DNA of 54,548 nt, from NCBI GenBank assembly GCA_029240715.1, contig JARDZR010000001.1, positions 1-54,548 on the forward strand. Reading direction: 5' to 3'. The translations under genes were made by a program, and so were the position numbers. Positions 9,573 to 18,599 of this stretch are shown one piece after another. The first letter of the stretch is position 1, and the number at the start of each line of letters is the position of its first letter. Origin of the DNA: Gammaproteobacteria bacterium (GTDB lineage Bacteria > Pseudomonadota > Gammaproteobacteria > Francisellales > CACEW01). The notes under the pieces were generated by a model that was given only the letters and a program-made list of their open reading frames with translations, did not search any database and was not told the origin of the DNA.

Positions 9573-9691
9573 ACTTAGCTTAGCCTGAACTAAGGCATAA
9601 TTATTTCAACGAATTATACGATACAAAAAAATCTAAAAAATTTAACAAAAAACTTTTATAATAATGTTATTAATGACCACATGAGAACAAA

Positions 9692-10129
9692 ATGGCCTTA
9701 AAGCAAGATATCATAAAACATTGGCATTCTTTTAAAAACCCATTAATCAATGATATTTTGATTAATCTGGAAAAACTTGAAAAAGAATATCCCCTTCTTA
9801 GCGAACAAGAACTCAGTTCTGTTGAAAAATTACTTGGCTTTTTTCACACCGCCAATGTTGAAAAGGTGGATGAAGTTGTTCTGATCCAAATTCTAAATCA
9901 ATTGCCCGCCCCTTACATGCTGTTTATGGTGCATAGACTGCAGAGCATTAACACCGATTTAGTCATGAAAGTGATTAACTATGCTCAAAAACACAAAGAA
10001 AATGACCCTGATATTGCCAATTTTTTCCAACGCAATATGGTTTTTGAAAAATCTCAATTGTTAGGCCGGATTTTTTCTAACAATAGGATGGAAAACGTTT
10101 TGCAGGTATTATTAAATAGAAAAGTTTAA
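9692..10129 (+). CDS. icmW: Small acidic cytoplasmic protein, candidate IcmW-like type IVB adaptor/chaperone
   Basis: 145 aa (IcmW is about 150 aa), divergently transcribed from icmK. The C-terminal block DPDIANFFQRNMVFEKSQLLGRIFSNNR resembles my recollection of the IcmW C-terminus. This has not been verified by any search. Confidence 0.4.
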   Translation: MALKQDIIKHWHSFKNPLINDILINLEKLEKEYPLLSEQELSSVEKLLGFFHTANVEKVDEVVLIQILNQLPAPYMLFMVHRLQSINTDLVMKVINYAQKHKENDPDIANFFQRNMVFEKSQLLGRIFSNNRMENVLQVLLNRKV

Positions 10130-10151
10130 AGCTCAAAATAATGAGAACTTA

Positions 10152-10694
10152 ATGAATATTCGAGAATTTAATGGCCATAGGCCTATACTTGGCAAAGGGG
10201 TATTTATTGATCCTGCGGCAGTAGTCACCGGTCAGGTCAGTATAGGGGAAGACAGCTCAGTTTGGCCCTGTGTCTCCATTAGAGGCGATTTATTAGCTAT
10301 TAGCATTGGCAGGGCTACCAATATTCAAGACGGCTCTGTGCTTCACACTACTCAAGACAGTATTTATCACCCCGGCGGTCAACCTCTCATTATTGGTGAT
10401 GAAGTCACCATCGGTCATAATGCGACCGTTCATGCCTGTACTATTCATAATCAAGTGCTTATTGGCATGGGGGCCGTTATTTTAGACGGCGCGGTTATTG
10501 AGCCTCAAGTGCTAGTTGCTGCAGGCAGTTTAGTCAGTCCCGGGAAAATACTAACAAGTGGCTATCTGTGGCGTGGCAATCCAGCCAGAGCAGTGCGAGA
10601 GCTCAGCCCTCAAGAACTCGAATTTTTCAAATTCAGCGCTGACAACTACGTCCGCAGCAAAAACCTGCATCTAAAATCTTTAGGATTGATTTAG
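10152..10694 (+). CDS. Gamma-carbonic-anhydrase-like hexapeptide-repeat protein (YrdA/PaaY family)
   Basis: 180 aa with a left-handed beta-helix hexapeptide periodicity. SVWPCVSIRGD and IGHNATVHAC are typical of the family. Confidence 0.85.
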   Translation: MNIREFNGHRPILGKGVFIDPAAVVTGQVSIGEDSSVWPCVSIRGDLLAISIGRATNIQDGSVLHTTQDSIYHPGGQPLIIGDEVTIGHNATVHACTIHNQVLIGMGAVILDGAVIEPQVLVAAGSLVSPGKILTSGYLWRGNPARAVRELSPQELEFFKFSADNYVRSKNLHLKSLGLI

Positions 10695-10698
10695 GCTG

Positions 10699-11514
10699 CT
10701 ACTGTGGGTGGACCACAATATTGTTGCTGATCCCATTGGATTGCAGTTGCTGCCTAATCTGATTGGCCTGCTGCACGTTATCAAACGGCCCAAGCTCTAC
10801 CTGATAAGCAGGGCTGCTTAAAGAACCTGTAGTTTTTATAGTTGGATTAAAGCCCGCCAATATTAATTGAGACCTCATCTGATTAGCGCTTTGTTGATCC
10901 TGGTAATAGCCCACATCGACCACAAACTTAGCTGGGGCCTGTGCATTAGCAGGATTAGAAGCAGGAGGAGGCACAGGCTGAGAAGATCCTGAGTTGGCGG
11001 AAGTGTTTGGATTATTCGCTGCTCCGCTGGGTAATACGGTATAAAAGTCAAACACAGGTTGTGGCGCTTGAGGCGCAGCTGCTTTAGGAGCTTTTTTCTT
11101 TTGAGGTGAAGGCATAGGAGCATTTAGATTAACATTGGCTGGCAGATTCAAGGTTTGTTCACTATCCGCAGCAATATTTTGGGTAGGATCAGATAAGCTC
11201 TGATCAATCGCCAAATGGCCATTTTCCATCTTATCGGCAGATTTACTACCGTGATGTTTAAAGCTGCCTACAAATAAAGTGATTTTATCTTTAAAAGCAG
11301 TCAAGCTATCACGATGCTTATAAGCCATGACCAAACCTGATATCAAAGCAGCACCAAGAAGCACGGTCAAAATTGCTGCAGCAATGGGCAATGGCTTGCT
11401 ATTCTTTTGCTGCTTAACAGAAGCGTTAGTATTTTGAACAGCTGCAGGCCTGCTCGCCGATACCACGGTAGCTTTTAGCGATTGGCTATTAAGCTTGGCG
11501 TAATCTTTCACCAT
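10699..11514 (-). CDS. SPOR-domain cell-division protein (FtsN-like)
   Basis: N-terminal KDYAKL, then a single TM helix and a P/A/Q-rich linker. The C-terminal SPOR pattern is FVVDVGYYQDQQSANQMRSQLILAGF..YQVELGPFDNVQQANQIRQQL. Confidence 0.75.
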   Translation of the reverse strand: MVKDYAKLNSQSLKATVVSASRPAAVQNTNASVKQQKNSKPLPIAAAILTVLLGAALISGLVMAYKHRDSLTAFKDKITLFVGSFKHHGSKSADKMENGHLAIDQSLSDPTQNIAADSEQTLNLPANVNLNAPMPSPQKKKAPKAAAPQAPQPVFDFYTVLPSGAANNPNTSANSGSSQPVPPPASNPANAQAPAKFVVDVGYYQDQQSANQMRSQLILAGFNPTIKTTGSLSSPAYQVELGPFDNVQQANQIRQQLQSNGISNNIVVHPQ

Positions 11515-11772
11515 ATGAATATTAATCCTTGAGTTAACCTTTAATCAAATAGCATGATTTTACCACTCTGTCATCCTGGCTGGCTATATTTTTTCAATAA
11601 GTAGCTCATTATTATAGTCAAAATTATAATCCGGGGGTTATAAACGATTATAATGTATTTATCTTAAAATGTTTTTAAAAATATATATTTTTATTCATTT
11701 TTAGCTTTACTATTTTGTTTGCTTGATTTACGATAATTTCATGGTGATTATATTAAGCAAAAACGACGGGTA

Positions 11773-12420
11773 ATGCACATGATTTATGGCTACATTTCTG
11801 AAGACGAAGACAATCCTTCCAATGGCAAAGAGCACTTAGATAGTTATATTGCAAAAAATGCCATTAAATTAGATTCCATGGTTGTTGACCCTCAATCTAA
11901 TAAAGTAAGCTGGGAAAAACGTGAATTATTTCATATTATTCAAAAAGCTAAGAAAAATGATCTGATTATTACTTACGAAGCCAGCAACCTGGCGCGCTCA
12001 ACTTTGCAGCTATTAGAAATATTGGAAGCAGTTGCAAAAGCTGAATTGAAACTGCAATTTATTAAATACAATGAAACCTTTGTTCCAGAAACAGCGATGG
12101 ATACCAAAAGTTTCTTACGCCTGATGCAGTGTGTAGAAGAAGACTTTTTAAGCAAGCGTACCGTTGATGCATTAGCACGCCGTCGGGCAGCCGGTCTACC
12201 TTTAGGCCGTCCAAAAGGTCGCAAGAACAAATCGCGCAAACTGGACAAATACCGCACTGAAATTAAAAAGTATTTAGCGTTGAACATCAGCAAGGCTTCT
12301 ATTGCCAAACTGGTCGGATGCCATGCTCAAACCTTATATAATTACTTAGAAGATACCAAGCTCACCGCTGAAAGCGAACCGGAAGAAGTGCAAACTAATC
12401 TCGAACAAGTTACCGATTAG
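11773..12420 (+). CDS. Serine-recombinase (resolvase/invertase)-like protein lacking the catalytic Ser/Arg residues; C-terminal HTH
   Basis: 215 aa. The overall resolvase layout is preserved (..LIITYEASNLARSTLQLLEILE.., GRPKGRK, HTH SIAKLVGCHAQTLYNYL). However, GYARVSTxxQ is replaced by GYISEDEDNP, and the DR..R block is replaced by SN..R. Confidence 0.6.
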   Translation: MHMIYGYISEDEDNPSNGKEHLDSYIAKNAIKLDSMVVDPQSNKVSWEKRELFHIIQKAKKNDLIITYEASNLARSTLQLLEILEAVAKAELKLQFIKYNETFVPETAMDTKSFLRLMQCVEEDFLSKRTVDALARRRAAGLPLGRPKGRKNKSRKLDKYRTEIKKYLALNISKASIAKLVGCHAQTLYNYLEDTKLTAESEPEEVQTNLEQVTD

Positions 12421-12437
12421 CTGCTACACTCTTCTAC

Positions 12438-12977
12438 ATGAAAAAGCTTGTTATAATAGATCGCGATGGCGTCATTAATTTCGATTCGGATGAATACATT
12501 AAATCTGTTGAGGAATGGCAGCCCATTCCCGGCAGCTTAGAAGCGATGGCCCGTCTGCATCAGGCAGGATACCTACTGGCCGTTGCCACTAACCAGTCCG
12601 GCATCGCTCGTGGTCTATTTAATGTAGCCGAACTTAAAGCCATGCACCAAAAAATGCAAAGCCTATTGCAACAACTTGGCGGGAAAATTGATGCCCTGGT
12701 TTACTGTCCGCATGGCCCTGATGATCACTGTGATTGTCGCAAACCCAAACCGGGCCTTTTGCTTCAGATCAGTCAACAATTAGGCGTAAACTTAGAAAAT
12801 GCCTACTTTGTGGGGGACAGCTTTAAGGATATTCAAGCAGCTCGTGCTGTCAACGCCAAGCCTATTTTGGTTAAAACCGGCAAAGGCGAACGGAGTTTAC
12901 AAGAACACCCAGAGCTTATTCATGAAGTATCGATATATAATAGCCTGCAGGAATTCACTCACTTTTTATTAAATTAA
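12438..12977 (+). CDS. gmhB: D-glycero-D-manno-heptose 1,7-bisphosphate phosphatase
   Basis: HAD motif DRDGVIN, the zinc-loop CPHGPDDHCDCRKPKPG, and GDSFKD. Confidence 0.88.
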   Translation: MKKLVIIDRDGVINFDSDEYIKSVEEWQPIPGSLEAMARLHQAGYLLAVATNQSGIARGLFNVAELKAMHQKMQSLLQQLGGKIDALVYCPHGPDDHCDCRKPKPGLLLQISQQLGVNLENAYFVGDSFKDIQAARAVNAKPILVKTGKGERSLQEHPELIHEVSIYNSLQEFTHFLLN

Positions 12978-12985
12978 GGCTTAGC

Positions 12986-13702
12986 ATGTTTTATAAGTTC
13001 ACTTTAATTTTGCGCTCTCTGGTTTTTTATTGCCTAATGGCAAGCTCGGCTCTTATTTTTATGCTGGCTATGTACATAGCCCTGCTTTTACCTTTTAGAG
13101 TCAGGCTAGAGCTTGGTAGAAGCTGGGCCAAATTTACGGTATATCTGGCCAAAATAATTTGCGGCATTTCCTATGAAGTAAAAGGAAGGCAACATTTAAG
13201 TAAAAAACCGGTGGTTTTTTTAAGCCGGCATGAATCAGCTTGGGAAACCATTGCCTTTAATGCCATTTTGCCGCCCTGTGTTTTTGTCTGCAAAAGGTCT
13301 CTTATGTATGTGCCGATTATCGGCTGGGGCATGGTGATCACCAAACAAATCCCCATCGACCGTTCGCAAGGAATTAGAGCTTTTAAAAAGGTATTTGAGA
13401 AAGGGAAAAACCGCTTAGACCAAGGACTATCTATTGCCATTTTTCCAGAAGGCACTCGAGTCGCACCAGGCCATTATCCGGCTTTACATAAAACAGGCGC
13501 CGCTCTTGCTAAGGCCTGCGGCTATCCTATTGTACCTATTGCTTTAAATTCTGGAACATGCTGGCCCAGAAACAGTTTTATTAAATACCCTGGCAAAATC
13601 AGCGTGTTGATTGGAGAAGCAATTGACCCCAAAGCTCACAGCGCTGATGAAATTAATGTTTTATGCCAGCAATGGATAAAATCCTTAAAACCCACTATCT
13701 AA
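12986..13702 (+). CDS. plsC: 1-acyl-sn-glycerol-3-phosphate acyltransferase
   Basis: N-terminal TM helix plus the acyltransferase motifs HESAWE and FPEGTR. Confidence 0.88.
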   Translation: MFYKFTLILRSLVFYCLMASSALIFMLAMYIALLLPFRVRLELGRSWAKFTVYLAKIICGISYEVKGRQHLSKKPVVFLSRHESAWETIAFNAILPPCVFVCKRSLMYVPIIGWGMVITKQIPIDRSQGIRAFKKVFEKGKNRLDQGLSIAIFPEGTRVAPGHYPALHKTGAALAKACGYPIVPIALNSGTCWPRNSFIKYPGKISVLIGEAIDPKAHSADEINVLCQQWIKSLKPTI

Positions 13703-14238
13703 CGTGCCGGATACAGTTCTCTTATACGCGCAGGCATACATATTTGATCGTTTGGCTCATAAGAATTCCAAACGGCTCTTGCCTGTAGTTCTTCCTCTGT
13801 ATTTTTAGCTCGGCGCCCTAAACATCTTAGGATTTCACTCGCATCAAAACAGTGATTGGCTTCTCTCACGATGACGGTAATGGTGGCCTTTAACAAGCTA
13901 TCTTCTATGGGATTGCGGGCTTTGACTCTTTGTAGTTGAAAATAAAAGTTCATCAGGTATTCAAACTTCATAGCATCTATTCTTGCCTCTAAATAGGGCT
14001 CAACTACTTGCTGTAAGCTTGGACCAAAAAAGCAGCAACAGATCTTTTCAAACGCGGCTCTGCTGTCTTGTAATTGGGCGAGTTCTTTAATAGCGCCAAC
14101 AAAAGTTTGCTCCCTGAAACAAGAGTCTGGGCGAAATGGAGGCTCGGTCTCAACGTATTCTAGCAGGCCTTCGGTATAAACATCCTCTTCGCTCTCGCCC
14201 TTTTCTAATACTGCTAAATTTGCTGAAGTATTTGGCAT
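13699..14238 (-). CDS. Hypothetical protein, tandem paralogue A
   Basis: 179 aa with an AGAGGA Shine-Dalgarno. It shares the block ELAQLQDS..CCCFFGPSLQQVVEPYLEARIDAMKFEYL with the upstream neighbour. I recognise no family. Confidence 0.6.
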   Translation of the reverse strand: MPNTSANLAVLEKGESEEDVYTEGLLEYVETEPPFRPDSCFREQTFVGAIKELAQLQDSRAAFEKICCCFFGPSLQQVVEPYLEARIDAMKFEYLMNFYFQLQRVKARNPIEDSLLKATITVIVREANHCFDASEILRCLGRRAKNTEEELQARAVWNSYEPNDQICMPARIRELYPAR

Positions 14239-14249
14239 ATCAATCCTCT

Positions 14250-14765
14250 TTATAATTTTAGCGAAACGCCCATCATTTTTAATTCTGCTTTAAGCTCGAT
14301 AAAGACTCTTTGGTCCTGCATATCTGCTGGAACCAATGCTAAAAATTCTTTTAAGATCGAGCCATGTTGAGAATCATCCTTGCCGGCAAACAATAAGCCT
14401 TTAATCTTAGGCTTTCTATAAAATAACAACTCACCTGCTAAAAGCATGCCTAATTTTTGAGAAACCTTAGGCTCTAAAACCTGGTTTACTGCATAGGCAC
14501 GATACATTTGGCTTAGTTCATCAAAAGTCATGGTATTGATTGGCTGATCCAAATAGGACCTGAACACTTGCAAAAACGAAGGCGGATAAAAGCAACTGCA
14601 TAGCCTTGTGCGAAAACTATCGCTCAATTGGCTCAGTTCTGGAACCACTTCACGCAAAGTTTCACTGCTCTGATATCTTGTTTTGCTGTCTTTAGTTGGC
14701 CCAGCTAAAGTAAAATCCGCGTAGTGCCGACTTTCATTTAGCAAACGTTCTGTATTTAACGGCAT
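14250..14765 (-). CDS. Hypothetical protein, tandem paralogue B
   Basis: 171 aa with a GAGGGA Shine-Dalgarno. Its matching block is ELSQLSDS..CSCFYPPSFLQVFRSYLDQPINTMTFDEL. It starts 15 nt after the purK stop. Confidence 0.6.
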   Translation of the reverse strand: MPLNTERLLNESRHYADFTLAGPTKDSKTRYQSSETLREVVPELSQLSDSFRTRLCSCFYPPSFLQVFRSYLDQPINTMTFDELSQMYRAYAVNQVLEPKVSQKLGMLLAGELLFYRKPKIKGLLFAGKDDSQHGSILKEFLALVPADMQDQRVFIELKAELKMMGVSLKL

Positions 14766-14780
14766 ATTTCCCTCGCAATG

Positions 14781-15863
14781 TTATCGCTGGGCAGCCTCTA
14801 TTAGCTCGATTAAAACCTCTGGTAAAGTTTTATGCGAATCCAAAACAGTGATATGCCCTAGCTTTCTGTTTTCTCGAGCTTTTTTACCATATTTGTAGAC
14901 ATGTATGCCAGGATTAAAGTCAGATATTTTAAGCTTAGGCCAGTTTCCGATAATATTGATCATTAAACTTGGAGCGATGACTTCAGGTTCTACTAAAGGC
15001 ATGCCACAAATGGCCCTTAAATGGTTTTCAAACTGACTGGCTCGAGTGGCTTCTAGGGTGAGATGCCCTGAATTATGCACTCTTGGTGCGATTTCATTGG
15101 CCATTAGCCCAAAACTGCCGGCAAAAAACTCAAAGGCCAATACCCCAACGTATTTACAATGTTCAAGCAAACTTCTTGCATAGCTTTCTGCCTGTTTTTG
15201 CAAAATGGAATCTCGCAGTGGAAATTCACAAAGCCGCAATATTCCTTTTTGATGGGTATTTTTAATTAAAGGGTAAAATATGATTTCCCCTTGTTTATTT
15301 CGAGCGGCCAACAATGACAGTTCATAGTCAAATTCAATCCATTTTTCGACAATTGCCGGTTCAGCTTTCATGGCTTGCCAAGCTTCTGGAATTTGTTCTA
15401 AGCTCTCAATAAGAAACTGGCCTTTTCCATCATAGCCAAACCTTCTGGTCTTTAAAACAGCGGGCAGGCCCATACTCAATAAAACATGACGCAGCTCATG
15501 CTCAGAACCCACATCAAAAAAATCAGGCACAGGAATATTTAGCTGTTGCAAAGTCTGCTTTTCAAGCAATCTGTCTTGGGCAAACTTAAGCACATTGGGC
15601 GCAGGGTAGACGGGCTTATATTGCTCCAGTTGTTGCAACAGCCCCACTTCTATATTTTCATTTTCAATCGTAAGGACGTCGCAAGATGCCACAAACTCTT
15701 GCATGATATTTGCTTCTTCAAGCGAGCCTATTAATAAAGGACTGTTTTTGCCAGCCGGCGGGCTTATTTCTTCAGTGACACATAAAGTTTCAAGGCCCAG
15801 TTGATAAGCGCTATGCGCCAAAAGCTGAGCCAATTGTCCTGCACCGACTATGCCTATTTTCAT
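14781..15863 (-). CDS. purK: N5-carboxyaminoimidazole ribonucleotide synthase
   Basis: 360 aa ATP-grasp protein with N-terminal [13 protein letters not shown]. It overlaps purE by 4 nt. Confidence 0.92.
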   Translation of the reverse strand: MKIGIVGAGQLAQLLAHSAYQLGLETLCVTEEISPPAGKNSPLLIGSLEEANIMQEFVASCDVLTIENENIEVGLLQQLEQYKPVYPAPNVLKFAQDRLLEKQTLQQLNIPVPDFFDVGSEHELRHVLLSMGLPAVLKTRRFGYDGKGQFLIESLEQIPEAWQAMKAEPAIVEKWIEFDYELSLLAARNKQGEIIFYPLIKNTHQKGILRLCEFPLRDSILQKQAESYARSLLEHCKYVGVLAFEFFAGSFGLMANEIAPRVHNSGHLTLEATRASQFENHLRAICGMPLVEPEVIAPSLMINIIGNWPKLKISDFNPGIHVYKYGKKARENRKLGHITVLDSHKTLPEVLIELIEAAQR

Positions 15864-16354
15864 TGTGCCTTCCTGGGGTCAAGTTGATTTAATACCTGTT
15901 CTGTTTGTTGAGCTCGATAGAGTTTTAACTTTTCTTGAATATCAGGGTATTTAATAGCCAGAATGGCAGCGGCTAAAATAGCGGCATTTACAGCACCCGC
16001 CTGGCCAATGGCTAAAGTTCCAACTGGAATGCCTTTTGGCATTTGCACAATGGAAAGCAAAGAATCCATGCCATTTAAAGCTTGGGTAGGCATAGGCACA
16101 CCTAATACTGGCAAATGGGTTTTGGCCGCAGTCATGCCCGGCAAATGGGCCGCCCCACCAGCACCTGCAATAATGACCTCTATGCCGTGTTTCTCTGCTG
16201 ATTCGGCAAATTCAAACATTTTATCTGGAGTACGATGGGCTGAAACAATACTGACTTCATAGGGAATTCCAAGCTGATCTAAGGTTTGGGCGCTATGCTC
16301 TAAAACCGGCCAATCTGATTGGGAGCCCATTATAATGGCAACTTTGGCTTTCAT
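15860..16354 (-). CDS. purE: N5-carboxyaminoimidazole ribonucleotide mutase
   Basis: IIMGSQSDW and [10 protein letters not shown] motifs. I prefer the ATG at 16354, which follows an AAGGGGG Shine-Dalgarno, over the track start at 16423. Confidence 0.92.
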   Translation of the reverse strand: MKAKVAIIMGSQSDWPVLEHSAQTLDQLGIPYEVSIVSAHRTPDKMFEFAESAEKHGIEVIIAGAGGAAHLPGMTAAKTHLPVLGVPMPTQALNGMDSLLSIVQMPKGIPVGTLAIGQAGAVNAAILAAAILAIKYPDIQEKLKLYRAQQTEQVLNQLDPRKAQ

Positions 16355-16475
16355 AGCACCCCCTTTTAAGCAATAAGTTTGATGATTAAGCATAGCATTT
16401 GCAAACAGAAAATACAGTCTCACAGTTGCTATTGAAATAGCGATATAATGATACTCTCAAGCATTTGGAGGCTTT

Positions 16476-17186
16476 ATGAAAATCTGGATCGGTTGTTCTG
16501 GATTTCAATACCCTGAATGGAAAGGCCACTTCTATCCAAAGCATTTAGCAAAATCAAAATGGTTTGCTTATTATGCTGAGCATTTTAATACCGTGGAGAT
16601 CAACTCCAGTTTTTATCGTTTTCCTCAAGCCAGCACTTTAGAAAAATGGTATAGGCAGGCCCCGGTTAGTTTCAGCTACTCTCTAAAAGCCCCTCGATTT
16701 ATTAGCCATTATCATAAATTTATTGATACCCAAAGAATGCTGCAAGACTTCTATAAACTGGCTGATATTTTGCAAGAAAAACTGGGCTGTATTTTATTTC
16801 AGTTGCCAGAAAGTTTAAGTTTTAAACCAGAGCTGCTTGATCGCATATTAGATCAACTGGATCCTAGCTATAAAAACGTCATTGAATTTCGTCATCCAAG
16901 TTGGTGGCAGGAAAAAGTCTATCAGGCTTTAAAGCATGCAAAAATCAGCTTTTGCCAGCTAAGCGCTTTTAAAGAATTTCCAAAAGCTCCTTGCGATACA
17001 TTATTTTATTTGCGCTTTCATGGCAGCAAAACCTGGTACTGTGGCTCCCATGCCGCTGAACTGAACTCCTGGTTAAAACTCATTAATAACTCGGCAGCAG
17101 AACAAGCATGGATTTACTTTAATAACACTATGCACATGGATGCCATCAATGATGCAAAAAAATTAATAAATTTATTTAAATCATAG
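16476..17186 (+). CDS. DUF72 (YecE/UPF0759) family protein
   Basis: 236 aa. IGCSGFQYPEWKGHFYP and the overall pattern are typical of DUF72. It is the first gene of the ku-ligD operon. Confidence 0.75.
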   Translation: MKIWIGCSGFQYPEWKGHFYPKHLAKSKWFAYYAEHFNTVEINSSFYRFPQASTLEKWYRQAPVSFSYSLKAPRFISHYHKFIDTQRMLQDFYKLADILQEKLGCILFQLPESLSFKPELLDRILDQLDPSYKNVIEFRHPSWWQEKVYQALKHAKISFCQLSAFKEFPKAPCDTLFYLRFHGSKTWYCGSHAAELNSWLKLINNSAAEQAWIYFNNTMHMDAINDAKKLINLFKS

Positions 17187-17195
17187 GAGCTTACA

Positions 17196-18029
17196 ATGCC
17201 TCGCCCAATTTGGAAAGGTCATATCAGCTTTGGCCTAGTCAATATTCCAGTCACACTCTATTCTGCAGAACACCGGGCTGATTTGCACTTTCGAATGCTA
17301 GATAGTCGCAATAAAGCTAAAGTTCATTATGAAAGAATCAATGAGGAAACCGGCGAAGAAGTCCCATGGGACCAAATTGTTAAAGCCTATGAATTTGATA
17401 AAGGAAATTACGTCGTGCTTGAAAAAGAAGATTTTCAAAAAGCCGCTCCTGAACAAACTAAAACTATCAACATTGAATGCTTTATCGACCAACAAGAAGT
17501 GCAGCCTATTTATTTTGAAAAACCTTATTATCTAATACCCGATAAGCAGGCTGTCAAAAGCTATGTGTTACTGAGAGAAGCCTTAAAAAATACCTGCAAA
17601 GTGGGAATTGCCTCCGTGGTGATACATACCCGAGAGCATTTGGCTGCCATCATGCCTTACCAAAATGGAATTTTGCTGGAGCTTTTAAGATTTGAACAGG
17701 AAATTCGACCTATAGAAGCATTTGATATCCCCAAAGCCAAAAAAGAGCATTACCGGATTCAGGAAAAAGAGCTGGAACTGGCTTCTCAATTAATCAATAG
17801 CATGACAGAAGACTGGCAGCCTAAACGCTATCATGATAGCTATCGAGACACTTTAATGAAATGGATTCAAGAAAAAGCTGCCGGCAAAAAAGCCCCTAGT
17901 CCAAAAAAAGAAAAAACAGCTAAAAAAGCGCAAGTGCTTGATCTGATGGGCTTAATGAAACAAAGTTTGCAAAAAGAGCTTAAGAAAGCACCGTCTAAAA
18001 AAAGTTCCCCCCGAAAAGAGACCGCATAG
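17196..18029 (+). CDS. ku: Non-homologous end-joining protein Ku
   Basis: N-terminal WKGHISFGLVNIPVTLYSA is the bacterial Ku signature. The C-terminal tail is Lys-rich. Confidence 0.92.
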   Translation: MPRPIWKGHISFGLVNIPVTLYSAEHRADLHFRMLDSRNKAKVHYERINEETGEEVPWDQIVKAYEFDKGNYVVLEKEDFQKAAPEQTKTINIECFIDQQEVQPIYFEKPYYLIPDKQAVKSYVLLREALKNTCKVGIASVVIHTREHLAAIMPYQNGILLELLRFEQEIRPIEAFDIPKAKKEHYRIQEKELELASQLINSMTEDWQPKRYHDSYRDTLMKWIQEKAAGKKAPSPKKEKTAKKAQVLDLMGLMKQSLQKELKKAPSKKSSPRKETA

Positions 18030-18038
18030 GAAATTTTT

Positions 18039-18599
18039 ATGAGCTTAAAAGATTATCATAAAAAACGTCATTTCGAGCAAACTTCAGAACCAAAAGGCAA
18101 GCAACACAAGGCCTCTGGCTCAAGCTATATTATTCAAAAACATGCCGCTTCTCATTTGCATTATGATTTCAGATTAGAGCTGGATGGCGTGCTAAAAAGC
18201 TGGGCTATTCCAAAAGGCCCAAGCTACAACCCGCATGAAAAACACCTGGCAGTAGAAGTTGAGGACCACCCGATAGAATATGCTCAATTTGAAGGAACCA
18301 TTCCAGAAGGTCAGTATGGAGGCGGCACAGTCATGTTATGGGACGAAGGAACATGGGAGCCCATTAAAGAGCCGCATGAAGCTTATAAGAAGGGTTTGCT
18401 AAAATTTAAACTACATGGCAAAAAGCTAAAAGGCTTATGGTCTTTGGTAAGATTTAAGCAAAATGACGGTAAAAAAAATAACTGGTTATTGATCAAAATG
18501 GAAGATGAATATGCCAACAGTGTGAGTGATGAAGAGCTGCTCCAGTCAAACAGTGTTAAAAGCAATCTTTCTTTGGATGAAATCAAACATGGCAAATAA
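18039..18599 (+). CDS. ligD: Stand-alone LigD 3'-phosphoesterase (PE) domain protein
   Basis: 186 aa. HAASHLHYDFRLE..LKSWAIPKGPS..GTVMLWDEGTW is the LigD-PE signature. Confidence 0.88.
   Translation: MSLKDYHKKRHFEQTSEPKGKQHKASGSSYIIQKHAASHLHYDFRLELDGVLKSWAIPKGPSYNPHEKHLAVEVEDHPIEYAQFEGTIPEGQYGGGTVMLWDEGTWEPIKEPHEAYKKGLLKFKLHGKKLKGLWSLVRFKQNDGKKNNWLLIKMEDEYANSVSDEELLQSNSVKSNLSLDEIKHGK

Noticed and set aside
11773-12420. The resolvase-like gene as evidence of a transposon, integron or invertible element.
   Set aside because: There is no transposase, integrase or terminal inverted repeats, the flanking genes are housekeeping, and the catalytic residues are missing. I have reported it as a domesticated homologue, not as a mobile element.
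18526-18599. LigD as a frameshifted pseudogene of a single PE-Lig-Pol polypeptide. The ligase frame is open 63 nt upstream of my preferred ATG and overlaps the PE gene.
   Set aside because: Both junctions are canonical start/stop coupling overlaps with in-frame ATGs located exactly at the domain boundaries. That fits genuine separate genes better than decay. It cannot be excluded without read data, so the check is listed under the finding.
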